A model generated the notes under the pieces. The model made no database searches and was not told the origin of the DNA. It was given only the letters and a program-made list of their open reading frames with translations. The translations under genes and the position numbers were made by a program. DNA of 64,000 nt, taken from the NCBI GenBank assembly GCA_034670305.1, contig JAXMNT010000025.1, positions 43,593-107,592 on the forward strand. The letters are read 5' to 3'. Source of the DNA: Deltaproteobacteria bacterium. GTDB taxonomy: Bacteria > Myxococcota_A > Polyangia > Polyangiales > Houyiibacteriaceae. Positions 1-9,870 of the stretch are shown here, one piece after another. Every line of letters starts with the position of its first letter. The stretch's first letter is position 1.

Positions 1-1
1 G

Positions 2-466
2 GGCGGCGGCTACGCGCTCGACCGGAGCTACACCCTACCGCCGGTGAACTTCACAGCGCGGGAGGCCGCGGTGCTGATCGCCGCGGGCGAATGGCTGTCG
101 AGGATGCGGGTCCTGCCCTTCGCGAACACGCTCACGGGCGCCGTGCACAAACTGCGGGCGGCTCTCGGCGAGCGGGGGCAGCGCGAACTGGAACGACAGC
201 TGGACCGCATCGACTTCGTTGGTGTGCCGGCACGCGAGGTCGCACCGCGGGCACGCGAGGCGATCGAGCGGGCATTCTTCGAGCGCCGTCCGGTCGAGCT
301 GACCTACCGAGGCGCCCGCCGAACCGACGCGCTCCGAACCCGCTCGGTCCGCATCGAGTCCATCGTGATGGACCGTTCCGAGACCTTGCTCAACACCGTC
401 GACACGGACACCGGCGACGAACGTCAGCTCCGCTTGCACCGCATCGAACAAGCGATCGTGCAGTAG
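2..466 (+). CDS. HTH-WYL (YafY-like) transcriptional regulator, 5' truncated by window edge
   Basis: Frame 2 reads GGGYALDRSYTLPPVNFTAREA (typical end of the YafY HTH/linker), then AIERAFFERRPVELTY...RQLRLHRIE (WYL-domain pattern). Stops at TAG 464-466. Confidence 0.75.
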   Translation, partial: GGGYALDRSYTLPPVNFTAREAAVLIAAGEWLSRMRVLPFANTLTGAVHKLRAALGERGQRELERQLDRIDFVGVPAREVAPRAREAIERAFFERRPVELTYRGARRTDALRTRSVRIESIVMDRSETLLNTVDTDTGDERQLRLHRIEQAIVQ

Positions 467-478
467 ACGCCGAGACTT

Positions 479-2047
479 CTACTCGGCCGCGAGTTCGTAC
501 GGATAGGCCACCGAGAGCTCTTCCTGCGTGAAGCGCGGGAAGCGCAGGCTCTGCACCACGTTGGCCATGCAGATGCCGTCGTCCGGATTGCCGACCCCTT
601 CGGCCACTGCGCCGGTCACTTCGCCGGTCTCGCCCCGCACCGTGAAGCGCAGCACGACGTGTCCCGTGAACGAAGGCGCGCATCCTTCGAGCGCACCCCG
701 CAGCGGCTGCATCGTGGCGATGATCGCTTCGCGGGGCGGGGTCTCGGGAAGCGGAGGCGCGGGCGCTTCACCGCCGAGCGCGCGCAACCCTTCCCGCGCG
801 GTCATGTTGTTCCGGTCGAGACGCATGGCTTGCTGGAGCGCCGCGACGGCTGCTTCGCGCTGGTTGTTCTGCGCGAGCGCACGACCGAGCAGGACGAAGT
901 AGTTGGAGTTGGTGTCCTCCAGCTGGACCGCCTGCTGGAACGCGCGCACCGCGCCGCCCATGTCGCCCATGGCCGCGCGGGCGTTGCCGATGCCGACGAA
1001 GGTACCTGCATGGTTGGGCTCGATCTGCGCGGCGGCTTCGTACGCACCGGACGCCGCCGGGTAGTTGCGAAGTCGGAACTGCGCTCGGGCTTGCTGCCGC
1101 AGGGCCTCGGCGGCTGAGACTCCGGACACCTGCACATTGGTGTTGTGGTTCGGGTTCTGACGCATCGTGGGCGCCTGATGCATGGTGGGCGGCGCCTGGA
1201 CGGCGACCTGGGCCTGTGCCGACGCGCCACCCCATTCGACGAACGCGCGTGCGGCGCGCGGGGAGAGACCGAGCAACGACTCTGCGGCGTCGCTCCCACC
1301 GCGTCGCCCGACCGCCGAGGCAATGCACCGCGCGAGGCCCGGGGTGGGTCCGACGTGCCAGGCACGCATCTGGGATTCGCGATCGCTGGAGCCGCCGGGG
1401 CACGCTTCCATCAGGGCCAGCACGCCGCGGCCGCGGTCGTCGTTCCTGAGGCTGCGGGGCACACCGAGCATCGCCTCGCGGAGTCCCCGCGCGACCTCAC
1501 GAGCGACCCGGCGGTTCACGCGCGCGCTGCGCAACTCGCGCTCGAGCTCGGACCCATCGTCGGGCGGGATGTAGGGGAGGGCGGCGGGTGTGAGTGTCGC
1601 GGCGGCCACGAGCGCGTCGCACTCCCCCATGGTGACGCCGTAGGTGTTCGCGCACAGCACCGAACCGTTTCGCTGCCGGGGAAAGAGCGCCGCGAGTACT
1701 TGCACGTTCATGCCGCTCTGCATGCGCTCCAGGGTTGCCTGCAAGCGGGCTGCGTACTCGTTGCGGGGAGGCGCACCGGCGCCGAAGATGGCCGAGTGCA
1801 CCGCCCGGCGAAGGTCCGTGTCGAACGCGTTGCCCCCGTTGGCGGCATCGGCTTGCAGGTCGGCGTCGATCCGCGAGGCGAGTGCGCGCGCGGTGTCGCG
1901 CGGCATCTGTCCATTCTGCACGAGTCGTTGGACCACGCCCGGGTCCTGCGCGTGCGCCGAGGGCGCGACGCAGAAGAGGACCAAGGCTGTCGCCACCGGG
2001 AGGCCAAGGGCCAGGGTGGGTCGTGCGGAGAAAGATCGTGTCGTCAT
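479..2047 (-). CDS. Secreted TPR protein with C-terminal AgmX/PglI (TonB-C-like) domain
   Basis: Signal peptide ending AHA-Q after MTTRSF; three TPR-like repeats (AASGAYEAAAQIEP, GAVRAFQQAVQLED, AAVAALQQAMRLDR); C-terminal C...VVLRFTVRGETGEV...C...LRFPRF...VAYPY. Start chosen at ATG 2047 rather than at the long-ORF start. Confidence 0.7.
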   Translation of the reverse strand: MTTRSFSARPTLALGLPVATALVLFCVAPSAHAQDPGVVQRLVQNGQMPRDTARALASRIDADLQADAANGGNAFDTDLRRAVHSAIFGAGAPPRNEYAARLQATLERMQSGMNVQVLAALFPRQRNGSVLCANTYGVTMGECDALVAAATLTPAALPYIPPDDGSELERELRSARVNRRVAREVARGLREAMLGVPRSLRNDDRGRGVLALMEACPGGSSDRESQMRAWHVGPTPGLARCIASAVGRRGGSDAAESLLGLSPRAARAFVEWGGASAQAQVAVQAPPTMHQAPTMRQNPNHNTNVQVSGVSAAEALRQQARAQFRLRNYPAASGAYEAAAQIEPNHAGTFVGIGNARAAMGDMGGAVRAFQQAVQLEDTNSNYFVLLGRALAQNNQREAAVAALQQAMRLDRNNMTAREGLRALGGEAPAPPLPETPPREAIIATMQPLRGALEGCAPSFTGHVVLRFTVRGETGEVTGAVAEGVGNPDDGICMANVVQSLRFPRFTQEELSVAYPYELAAE

Positions 2048-2256
2048 GCGTTTGTTGGGTCGTTCGGTCGCCGGGAGAACCGGTGTGCCGGTAAGGACGG
2101 ACCGCCAGGGTGGCGTATTCTTCGGATCTACCGGGGGGATGGCAAGCGGCCTGGTCCCCGTCGTCGAAACACGGCAAATTGTTCGGGGATCCGCCCTTGT
2201 TGTCCAGGAAGTGGGGCGTGTGTGCCGAACAGGCGCACCGCGCAGGTGGCGGACGC

Positions 2257-3990
2257 TCAGGCCTTCGGGCGGATCGCGGAGGCCAGATCGGACGCGAGGC
2301 GCTCGAGGAGCGCGTCGCCGCGTGCGCGGGCGACGTCGATGGTCTCGTCTTCCGCAACTTCGACCCGGAGGTCGAAGTACTGCTTGAGTTTGGGTTCGGT
2401 GCCGCTCGGACGGAGCATCACTCGGTGTCCCCCGTCGAGTTCGAAGATGACGAGGTTGGCGGGGGGCAGATCCGCCGCGGTGGTGTCGCCGTTCGCGGTG
2501 CGGGTGCCCGCGCGCAGGTCCGTCGTGGCAACGACGGAGAGCCCAGCCAAGGTGGCGGGCGGTGCGGTGCGTGCGCGCTCCATCGCCGCCTGGATCTGGG
2601 CCGCGCCATCGGTTCCGGGCAGAACCCACGACACCTGCTTGTTCAGGTACATGCCGTAGGTGCGCCACGCGCTTTCGAGCTCGTCGACGATCGTTCGACC
2701 GCGTTCGGCGCACCATGCGGCCATCTCCGCAGCGAAGACGGCGGCACTGATTCCATCCTTGTCGCGGATGACCGGACCGACCGCGTAGCCGAGCGCTTCT
2801 TCGTACCCGAGCACGAGCTCGTAGCCTTCGGCGTCGAGCGCCTTCGCGCGGGCGTGGATCCACTTGTGGCCGGTGAGTGTTTGTTCGGCCCGCACGCCGG
2901 TGTGGGCGCCGATCGCACCGAGCATTGCAGTGCTCACGATGCTGCTGAGCACCAGCGGCTTGCGGTCGGTGCGGGACCACGGCCGCGCCGTGAGCGCGTA
3001 GTGCGCGAGCAAGCAGCCGATCTGATCTCCGGTGAGGTTCACGTACCGGCCGTCGTGCAGAATCGACATCGCGAGGCGGTCCGCGTCGGGGTCGTTCGCG
3101 AGCACCAAGTGCGCGCGCTTTTCGGCGGCTAGGGCCAGCACCAGATCCATCGCCCCGTCTTCTTCCGGGTTCGGAAACGCGACGGTCGGGAACGTACCAT
3201 CGGGCGCCTGCTGCGATGCCACCACGGAGACGTCTTCGAAGCCCGCCCGCGCGAGCGCGTCGACGACCACGTCGCCGCCGACGCCGTGCATGGCGGTGTA
3301 GGCGATTCGGAGTTCGACGGGTTTCGCGAGCACGTCGAGCCGGATGTCGGCCGCATACTGGGTGTACGCGTCCCGCAGGTCGGCGCCGATCGCCGTGTGG
3401 CGGGGCGAAGAGAGATCGGTGCGTGCGACGGAGCGGACACTCGGCACCGCGTCGATGGCGGCGGCGATCTTGGCGTCGACGGGCGGCACGATCTGCGACC
3501 CCATCCAGTAGACCTTGCACCCGTTGTACTCGGGCGGGTTGTGGCTGGCGGTCACCACCAGCGCGGCCGGCGCCTGCAGTTCGTTGCTGGCGAAGACGAC
3601 CATCGGCGTAGGCGCTGGCTGCTCGAAGAGCGCGACGCGGAATCCGGCACCGAGCAACACCTCCGCAGCGGCGGTCGCGAGCCCTCGACTCGTCCGGCGG
3701 GCGTCGAACCCGATCACCACCGGCGCCTCCGGCACGCCTCGACAGGCTTCGAGTGCGTACGCGACCAGCCCCGCGGTCATGCGCACGATGGTGGCCTGGT
3801 TCATCCGGTTCGGTCCGCCGCCCATCAGGCCGCGCAAGCCCGCGGTGCCGAACTGCAACCGGCCGCGGAAACGTTCGGCGAGGTCGGCTTCGTCGCCAGC
3901 CTCCAGCAACGCCTCGAGTTCGGCGCGCGTCTCCGCTTCAGGGTCGTCCTCAATCCACGCGCGAACGGTGGCGGCCAGGGTCTCGTCCAT
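2257..3990 (-). CDS. Phospho-sugar mutase (phosphomannomutase/phosphoglucomutase)
   Basis: FGTAGLRG, TASHNP phosphoserine loop, DPDADR metal loop, GYEEA sugar loop, RPSGTEPK. Confidence 0.95.
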   Translation of the reverse strand: MDETLAATVRAWIEDDPEAETRAELEALLEAGDEADLAERFRGRLQFGTAGLRGLMGGGPNRMNQATIVRMTAGLVAYALEACRGVPEAPVVIGFDARRTSRGLATAAAEVLLGAGFRVALFEQPAPTPMVVFASNELQAPAALVVTASHNPPEYNGCKVYWMGSQIVPPVDAKIAAAIDAVPSVRSVARTDLSSPRHTAIGADLRDAYTQYAADIRLDVLAKPVELRIAYTAMHGVGGDVVVDALARAGFEDVSVVASQQAPDGTFPTVAFPNPEEDGAMDLVLALAAEKRAHLVLANDPDADRLAMSILHDGRYVNLTGDQIGCLLAHYALTARPWSRTDRKPLVLSSIVSTAMLGAIGAHTGVRAEQTLTGHKWIHARAKALDAEGYELVLGYEEALGYAVGPVIRDKDGISAAVFAAEMAAWCAERGRTIVDELESAWRTYGMYLNKQVSWVLPGTDGAAQIQAAMERARTAPPATLAGLSVVATTDLRAGTRTANGDTTAADLPPANLVIFELDGGHRVMLRPSGTEPKLKQYFDLRVEVAEDETIDVARARGDALLERLASDLASAIRPKA

Positions 3991-4096
3991 AAGCGGAGAA
4001 GGGTAAACCAAGCCCCCCGAGCGCATCCCGAAAATCGAGGAGCGGTGGCCGGATCGATGGTCCAGCCGCCGGTTTTTTGACCGGTCGGGATCGGGT

Positions 4097-4732
4097 GTGC
4101 GAGTTGTCCTCACTGCGGAGGAATCGATGCTGGGAGCCCGAGTCACGGATGCGGTCGAGTACATGCAGCGACGCCAGGAGTCGAAGGGGGCGGTGCGCAT
4201 CGTGCGCCGTCGCCAGCCCGACAAGTTCCGGTGGCGCGACGCGGTCTCCAAACTGAGCGGAGCGGCGGGTCGCATGCGCGGCAAAGAACGCATGCGCATC
4301 GAAGAGCCGGTGCGCGAGGTCGTCTTGGACCTGAGCGACAACCTGCTTCGGCGCGAATGCGTCATCGACGCCCGCCGCTTCAACGTCGACCTCGACCGAG
4401 GAGAGGTTCTCCCATTCCATCGGATGGGCGACCTGCGCCGCTACGCGTTCCTTGTGGGGGCCGACGTGCAGATCATCGAGCGCTACGTGGAGCTGCCGGA
4501 CGACTTCTTCGCGCCGATCGACACCGCCGCATGCACCGTCGTCAGCCGCGCTATGGCCAACCACCATCGCAAACGCGCCCAGCGCGCGTGGCTCGAGATT
4601 CCGGATCCCGACGGCGGGCAGCGGCTTTCGCCCCACCAGCGGCTCATCGTCGCCAAGGCGGAAGAAGACGCCCAGACCGCCAAACGCTGGGCCGCCCTCG
4701 CCCGCACCCTGGTCGACGACAAGAAGCCCTAG
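4097..4732 (+). CDS. Hypothetical protein (basic, about 200 aa; start may be ATG 4127)
   Basis: Strong GC3-biased codons; GGAGGA lies just upstream of ATG 4127; no recognisable motif. Confidence 0.6.
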   Translation: MRVVLTAEESMLGARVTDAVEYMQRRQESKGAVRIVRRRQPDKFRWRDAVSKLSGAAGRMRGKERMRIEEPVREVVLDLSDNLLRRECVIDARRFNVDLDRGEVLPFHRMGDLRRYAFLVGADVQIIERYVELPDDFFAPIDTAACTVVSRAMANHHRKRAQRAWLEIPDPDGGQRLSPHQRLIVAKAEEDAQTAKRWAALARTLVDDKKP

Positions 4733-4788
4733 CTGCTGGCCGGCTGAGGATCATTGCTCGCGCGACGCGGTCCTGATACCGACGTGGC

Positions 4789-5868
4789 ATGAGTGAAGAG
4801 ATTCCGGTCGTCGACCTCTCGGACGCATCCAGCGCAGCCTCCGCCGAGGCGATCCTCAAGGGCTTCGGCGACTTCGGCTTGGTCTACGTGAAGGGCCATG
4901 GCGTCGACATCGACCGACTGCACCGGTTCTACGATCTGCTGATCGCGCTCTTCGCGAAGCCAGAGGCCGAGAAACAAACGTGGGCCCGTCCGGACATCTG
5001 GTACCAGCGCGGCTGGACCCCGCCGAACACGGAGCAGGCGGTGGTCGCGGGCGGACAGCCCGACTTCAAGGAGTGCTACTTCGCTGCGCCCATGGAGCTC
5101 GACGCGCGCCTCGGGTTGATGTTCCCTGAGATCTACTCCGAGAACTCCTGGCCGGAGGGCGCCGACGACTTCCGCGACGAGTACCTCGCGCTCGGCCGCA
5201 GTGTGCATCGGGTCGGCCTCGATCTGCTCCGGGTCTGTGCGACCGCGCTCGACCTGCCGGCGGAGATCTTCGCGGAGGGCACCCACGGTGGCCCGCACGT
5301 GACGCGCGCGCTCCGCTACCTCGCCCTCGACGAGAGTCAGGTCGGCGGAGACATCGTCTGGGGCGAAGAGCACACGGACTTCAACTTGGTGACCCTGCTG
5401 CCGGGTGGCCGCTTCTTCGACCCCTCCGGTCAGCCCTGCGGTCGCCCCGATCCGGACGCGGGCCTCTACCTGCGCACCCGCCCCACCGCCGCGCACCCCA
5501 AGGGCCGCATGGTCCATGGCCGGCCCCCGCCCGGCTGCATCGTCGCGCAGGTCGGGCAGCAGCTCGAGATCCTCACCGGCGGCACCATGCTCGCCACGCC
5601 CCACGTGATCACCGCACCCAAGGCGCCCGGCTACACGCGGACTGCGTTCGCCCACTTTGTCCATCTCCACAGCGAGCAGCGCCTCTTCCCCCACGACAAG
5701 TTCCTCACCGACGACGTCATGCGGGCGTACGGGCCGCCGGTGCTGGCCGGGACCTATGGGCTCAAGACCCTGGTCGACATCGGGCTGGCGCCCAAGAGCG
5801 CCCTCGACAAGCTCGGCTACCACCACTACGACCGCCTCGCCGACGCGAGAGCGCCCGACAAATCCTGA
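4789..5868 (+). CDS. Isopenicillin-N-synthase-like 2OG-Fe(II) oxygenase
   Basis: IPVVDLS N-terminus, HTD (HxD) iron motif, distal H in ATPHVI, R in YTRTAF. Confidence 0.85.
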   Translation: MSEEIPVVDLSDASSAASAEAILKGFGDFGLVYVKGHGVDIDRLHRFYDLLIALFAKPEAEKQTWARPDIWYQRGWTPPNTEQAVVAGGQPDFKECYFAAPMELDARLGLMFPEIYSENSWPEGADDFRDEYLALGRSVHRVGLDLLRVCATALDLPAEIFAEGTHGGPHVTRALRYLALDESQVGGDIVWGEEHTDFNLVTLLPGGRFFDPSGQPCGRPDPDAGLYLRTRPTAAHPKGRMVHGRPPPGCIVAQVGQQLEILTGGTMLATPHVITAPKAPGYTRTAFAHFVHLHSEQRLFPHDKFLTDDVMRAYGPPVLAGTYGLKTLVDIGLAPKSALDKLGYHHYDRLADARAPDKS

Positions 5869-5922
5869 CGCCCGCTCGGGAAAGTCAAACATCGGTTTCG
5901 GTTGCGGTATGCTTCGACACCG

Positions 5923-6684
5923 ATGATTCCGCCCCCTCCGATGAGTCGCCCGCGCGCCGCGATCCTCGCGCACCGCCGCGGTGAGGGCAGCGTTCAGGCG
6001 GTCCTTCGGGCCTGCATGGAGCACAGCGAGTGGCTCGTGCCGATCCACTTCTTCCCCCAGGGCGAGCTGCAGTCGGCGCACAAGGTCGCGTTCGGTCCAC
6101 GCCACCAGATCCCACCCGCGGAGCTGTGGGTGTTCTCGGAGCAGGGCACCGCCCAGCAAGCCTTCTCACAAGGCGCACTCCTCGGTGCGTACGTGGCGAG
6201 TGTGCCCGGTTGCCGCCTGTTCCGCGGGGTCCCTGAGGACATCACCCGGGTGAAGATCAACGGCGGCGGGTTCGATGAGGATTTGCTCGAGTTCGACCGG
6301 GCCGGTTTCGACCAGCTCTCGGAATGGGCGGCCACCATCGATCTCGAGGCGTCGTTCGCCGACCCGGACGGCAACGCCTGCCGCGAGCGCATTCGCAAAC
6401 ACGCCGCCTACCACGTGCCGCTGATGCCCGATGGGCGGATGATCGCGAAGCCGGGCCACGGCGGGTTCGCCCAGCCCGGCGTGATCTGCACGAGCGCCGA
6501 CAACTACGAAGCGTTCGTCGGCGCCCTGGAGCCCGAGCTGGCGGCGCAGCTGACCCACAGCATCGTCGACGGAGGCGGGTTGTGGCGGGAACTCGGCGGC
6601 CAGGAAGTGGATGCGCTCTACATCAATCCCTTCGGTCCCGGCCGCACCGTGACGCTGCCTCGAAACGCTGCGGCGCCCGACTGA
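5923..6684 (+). CDS. Hypothetical protein (possibly tandem SseB-like domains)
   Basis: Coding-like codon bias; two repeated segments with W/Y-x-VP and IN(G/P)xG patterns reminiscent of SseB-type domains (weak). Confidence 0.5.
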   Translation: MIPPPPMSRPRAAILAHRRGEGSVQAVLRACMEHSEWLVPIHFFPQGELQSAHKVAFGPRHQIPPAELWVFSEQGTAQQAFSQGALLGAYVASVPGCRLFRGVPEDITRVKINGGGFDEDLLEFDRAGFDQLSEWAATIDLEASFADPDGNACRERIRKHAAYHVPLMPDGRMIAKPGHGGFAQPGVICTSADNYEAFVGALEPELAAQLTHSIVDGGGLWRELGGQEVDALYINPFGPGRTVTLPRNAAAPD

Positions 6685-6793
6685 GCAGGGCCGCGTCCCG
6701 AGGATCGGCGCTCGACCCCATTTCCCCGCCTTCGAGGCAAGGGTGTGAGCGAGTCGGTTGTCCCGACCAGGCGCTTGTTGCACCCTCCGCCGC

Positions 6794-8356
6794 ATGATTC
6801 GTCTCGAGAGCTATCTGCAGGGCCAATGGACTTCGGGTGAGGGCGACGGTTCGACGTTGGTGGATCCGGCGTCGGAGCAAGGGGTCGCCACCGCCTCCAC
6901 CAAGGGGCTCGACTTCGACGGTGCGCTGCGGTTCGGCCGCGAGAAGGGCGGCCCCGCACTCCGGGCGATGAGCTACGCCGAGCGCGGCGCGCTGCTCATG
7001 GCGATGAGCAAAGCGCTCCATGCCGAACGCGAGCAGTTGATCGACGACTCGATCCTCAACGCGGGCACGACGCGAACCGACTCCAAGTTCGACATCGACG
7101 GAGCCACCGGCACGCTCGCGTACTACGCGGGCCTCGCGAAGACGCTCGGATCCGAGCGGACGCTCGGCGGGCTCGGCACCGTCGAAGGGGAGGGCGAACA
7201 GCTCACCCGATCCAAGCGGTTCTGGGGCACGCACATCCGCACGCCCGTGCGCGGCGTCGCGGTACACGTGAACGCGTTCAACTTCCCCGCGTGGGGCTTC
7301 GCCGAGAAGGCCGCCGTCGCATTGCTCGCGGGTGTGCCAGTCGTGACCAAACCGGCGACCGCCACCGCGCTGCCCACTTGGCGCTGCATCAAAATCCTGG
7401 TCGACGCGAAGATCCTCCCGGAGGGCGCGCTGCAGCTCGTGTGTGGCAGCCCCGGTGAGATGTTGACGCATCTGCGCACGGGCGACGTGCTCGCGTTCAC
7501 CGGCAGCGGCACCACCGGCGCGCACCTGCGGCGGCTCGAAGCGGTCACCGAACGTTCGGTTCGGATCAACGTCGAAGCGGATTCGCTCAACGCCACGGTG
7601 CTCGGACCCGACGTCGAGGTCGGAAGCGAGACGTGGTTTGCGTTCGTGCGCGACGCGGTCCGCGAGGTCACTCAGAAGACCGGGCAGAAGTGCACCGCGA
7701 CCCGCCGCATCTTCGTGCCGAAGCAGCACATGGACGCAGTGCTCGAAACGCTCGCCGAGGAGATGGGCCGCGTGCCCTTCGGTCATCCGGCCGCAGAGGG
7801 CGTGCGGGTCGGTCCGCTGGCGAGCGCGCAGCAGCACAAGGACGTGCGCGAGGGGCTCGACGCCCTGGTGGACGCGGGTGCCAAGATCGCATGGCAGGGC
7901 AGCGGCGCGTTCGAAGGCGCGACGGAGGGCAAAGGCTACTTCGTGCACCCGACGCTCCTGCGCGCGGACAGTCCCCGCGACGTGGGCCTCGTCCACGAAC
8001 GCGAAGTGTTCGGACCCGCGAGTACGGTCATGCCCTACGACACGCCCGAAGAAGCCGCCGAACTCGTCGCGCTCGGCGAAGGTGGACTGGTCGCCGCGAT
8101 CTACGGCAACGACAAAGACGCGCTGCGGACCTTGGTCGAAGGCATCGCGCCGTGGTCCGGGCGTGTCTTGATCGGCAGCAAGAAGGTGGCGGACCAGGCG
8201 ATCTCCCCTGGGCTCGTCCTGCCCAGCTGCGTGCACGGCGGTCCAGGCCGCGCGGGTGGCGGCGAGGAACTCGGCGGTCGCCGCGGCCTCGATCTCTACA
8301 CCCAGCGCACGGCGGTCCAGGGCGATCGCGCCCTGCTCGACAAACTCTTCGAATAA
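6794..8356 (+). CDS. Aldehyde dehydrogenase, PaaZ-N / 3,4-dehydroadipyl-CoA semialdehyde dehydrogenase-like
   Basis: LESYLQGQW start, NAFNFPAWG, FTGSG, VEADSLN, GQKCTA catalytic Cys, EVFGP, HGGPGRAGGGEELGG signature. No MaoC hydratase C-terminus. Confidence 0.9.
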   Translation: MIRLESYLQGQWTSGEGDGSTLVDPASEQGVATASTKGLDFDGALRFGREKGGPALRAMSYAERGALLMAMSKALHAEREQLIDDSILNAGTTRTDSKFDIDGATGTLAYYAGLAKTLGSERTLGGLGTVEGEGEQLTRSKRFWGTHIRTPVRGVAVHVNAFNFPAWGFAEKAAVALLAGVPVVTKPATATALPTWRCIKILVDAKILPEGALQLVCGSPGEMLTHLRTGDVLAFTGSGTTGAHLRRLEAVTERSVRINVEADSLNATVLGPDVEVGSETWFAFVRDAVREVTQKTGQKCTATRRIFVPKQHMDAVLETLAEEMGRVPFGHPAAEGVRVGPLASAQQHKDVREGLDALVDAGAKIAWQGSGAFEGATEGKGYFVHPTLLRADSPRDVGLVHEREVFGPASTVMPYDTPEEAAELVALGEGGLVAAIYGNDKDALRTLVEGIAPWSGRVLIGSKKVADQAISPGLVLPSCVHGGPGRAGGGEELGGRRGLDLYTQRTAVQGDRALLDKLFE

Positions 8357-8472
8357 CCCTCGCACCCGAACGGGTTGTATCGCCGTTGTCTCCTGCCCCT
8401 TCATTCGAACGCCACTCCGACGCCCGAAGGCTGCGCCGTGGCTCCATCCGCGCGCGGGCCTCGAGAACCGAA

Positions 8473-8566
8473 GTGTTGGCCCCAGGAATCGCAGTGTTGA
8501 CCCCAGGAATCGCAGTGCTGGCCCCAGGAATCGCAGTGCTGGCCCCAGGAATCGCAGTGCTGGCCC
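8473..8566 (+). repeat. 21-bp tandem repeat GTG(T/C)TG(G/A)CCCCAGGAATCGCA x4.5
   Basis: Units start at 8473, 8494, 8515 and 8536, with a partial unit at 8557; encodes VLAPGIA. Confidence 0.95.
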
Positions 8567-9870
8567 TGGTGTTCGGATGTGGCGAGGGGTGCGGCGAGGA
8601 CACGCCCATCGCCACCCGCGCCCGGGCCGCCGAACTCCCGCCGGAACCCGCCGAGCAGCCGCCCGCAGAGCCGCGTCCGCCGGGGTACCCACTGATCGAC
8701 GACTCGGTCCTCCTGCGCGCGCCCGCCCGCTACGACCACCTGGTGCCGCGGCTCGTGCCGCCGACCGGGCCCCGCTTTCGGAACCTCGTCTACGAAGCGA
8801 ACAACCTTGCGATGCGGGGGCCACGGGACGAAGAGAACGGCTTCTACGAGAGTACGGGCCACGCGATCGCGCAGCGCTGGCGCGATGCGGCCGCGGGCGT
8901 GAAGCAGGTGTTCGCGTTGCGAGACGCGCTCTTCAGCCAACAAGACCATCCGATCGACCACGACCCGGTCGCGATCATGATGCCGCCTGGCTGGGTGAGC
9001 ATCGCCGTGCACGAGGTGATGCAGGAGCGCACCGTCCAGCCGGTGCACGCGCCCCCGATCGACGCCGACGAGGAGTGGGCGGCGTTCGCGACCCCCGCGA
9101 CGCTGTTCGGAAGTTTTCCGCCGAGCGAGCGACTGCACGAAGTGGCGACGCGGCCCCGGACGGTGCTGGCACCCGAACGCCTCCGCGTCACCAACGCGCG
9201 CCGTGCGGTGCACATGCTCGCGGCGGATGCGCAGGCGATGTTGGATGTGGCGGCGGAAGGTGCGGACGCGGTGGCGAACGCGGGTGCCGACCGGATCTCT
9301 CGGAGCGACATCCTGTACTTCGGGGAGCGCCTGCGGCGGGAACACATCATTCCGATCTCGGTCGAGAACCCGAACGCGCACGAACAACGCGACGAAGACA
9401 AAGGCCTGCGCCCGTTCGGGTACGACGTCTCCGACGAAGCGGTCGGCATGGTCCGTCGGGCGATCTACCAACGCCGCCTCGACGACGGGGACATCGCGAT
9501 CGAGCGCTACCACATCGGCCGGCCGGAGGAACGCCAGCGCGCGATCGCGGTGTTGCGTGAGCTCGTCGGAACCGACCTGCCCGGCGAACACCGGGTGTGG
9601 TTGTGGGTGCACGGTGGCCTAGACGCGCGCGGCATCCGGGGCCGGGACGCGACGCCCTACATCGGCGGGTTTCGCGCCGAGGTCGCGTCGCACGGCGTGA
9701 ACATGGAGCGGGTGCGTTTTCTGTCGAAGCCGCATGTGCCGATCGGCGGACGCAACCTCGCCGCTCAGCTCGACGCGAACGCACGGCGTTTCCGCGGTAT
9801 CGAGCTTCCCCTCAGCCTCAACATCGGCTCCAACCTGCTGCACCGGCTCTTCACTGAGCTGGAGCGCTAG
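8473..9870 (+). CDS. Putative lipoprotein, hypothetical (start uncertain)
   Basis: Hydrophobic repeat-derived N-terminus ending LVFG-C lipobox, Pro-rich linker, coding-like bias to TAG 9870. Confidence 0.6.
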   Translation: MLAPGIAVLTPGIAVLAPGIAVLAPGIAVLALVFGCGEGCGEDTPIATRARAAELPPEPAEQPPAEPRPPGYPLIDDSVLLRAPARYDHLVPRLVPPTGPRFRNLVYEANNLAMRGPRDEENGFYESTGHAIAQRWRDAAAGVKQVFALRDALFSQQDHPIDHDPVAIMMPPGWVSIAVHEVMQERTVQPVHAPPIDADEEWAAFATPATLFGSFPPSERLHEVATRPRTVLAPERLRVTNARRAVHMLAADAQAMLDVAAEGADAVANAGADRISRSDILYFGERLRREHIIPISVENPNAHEQRDEDKGLRPFGYDVSDEAVGMVRRAIYQRRLDDGDIAIERYHIGRPEERQRAIAVLRELVGTDLPGEHRVWLWVHGGLDARGIRGRDATPYIGGFRAEVASHGVNMERVRFLSKPHVPIGGRNLAAQLDANARRFRGIELPLSLNIGSNLLHRLFTELER

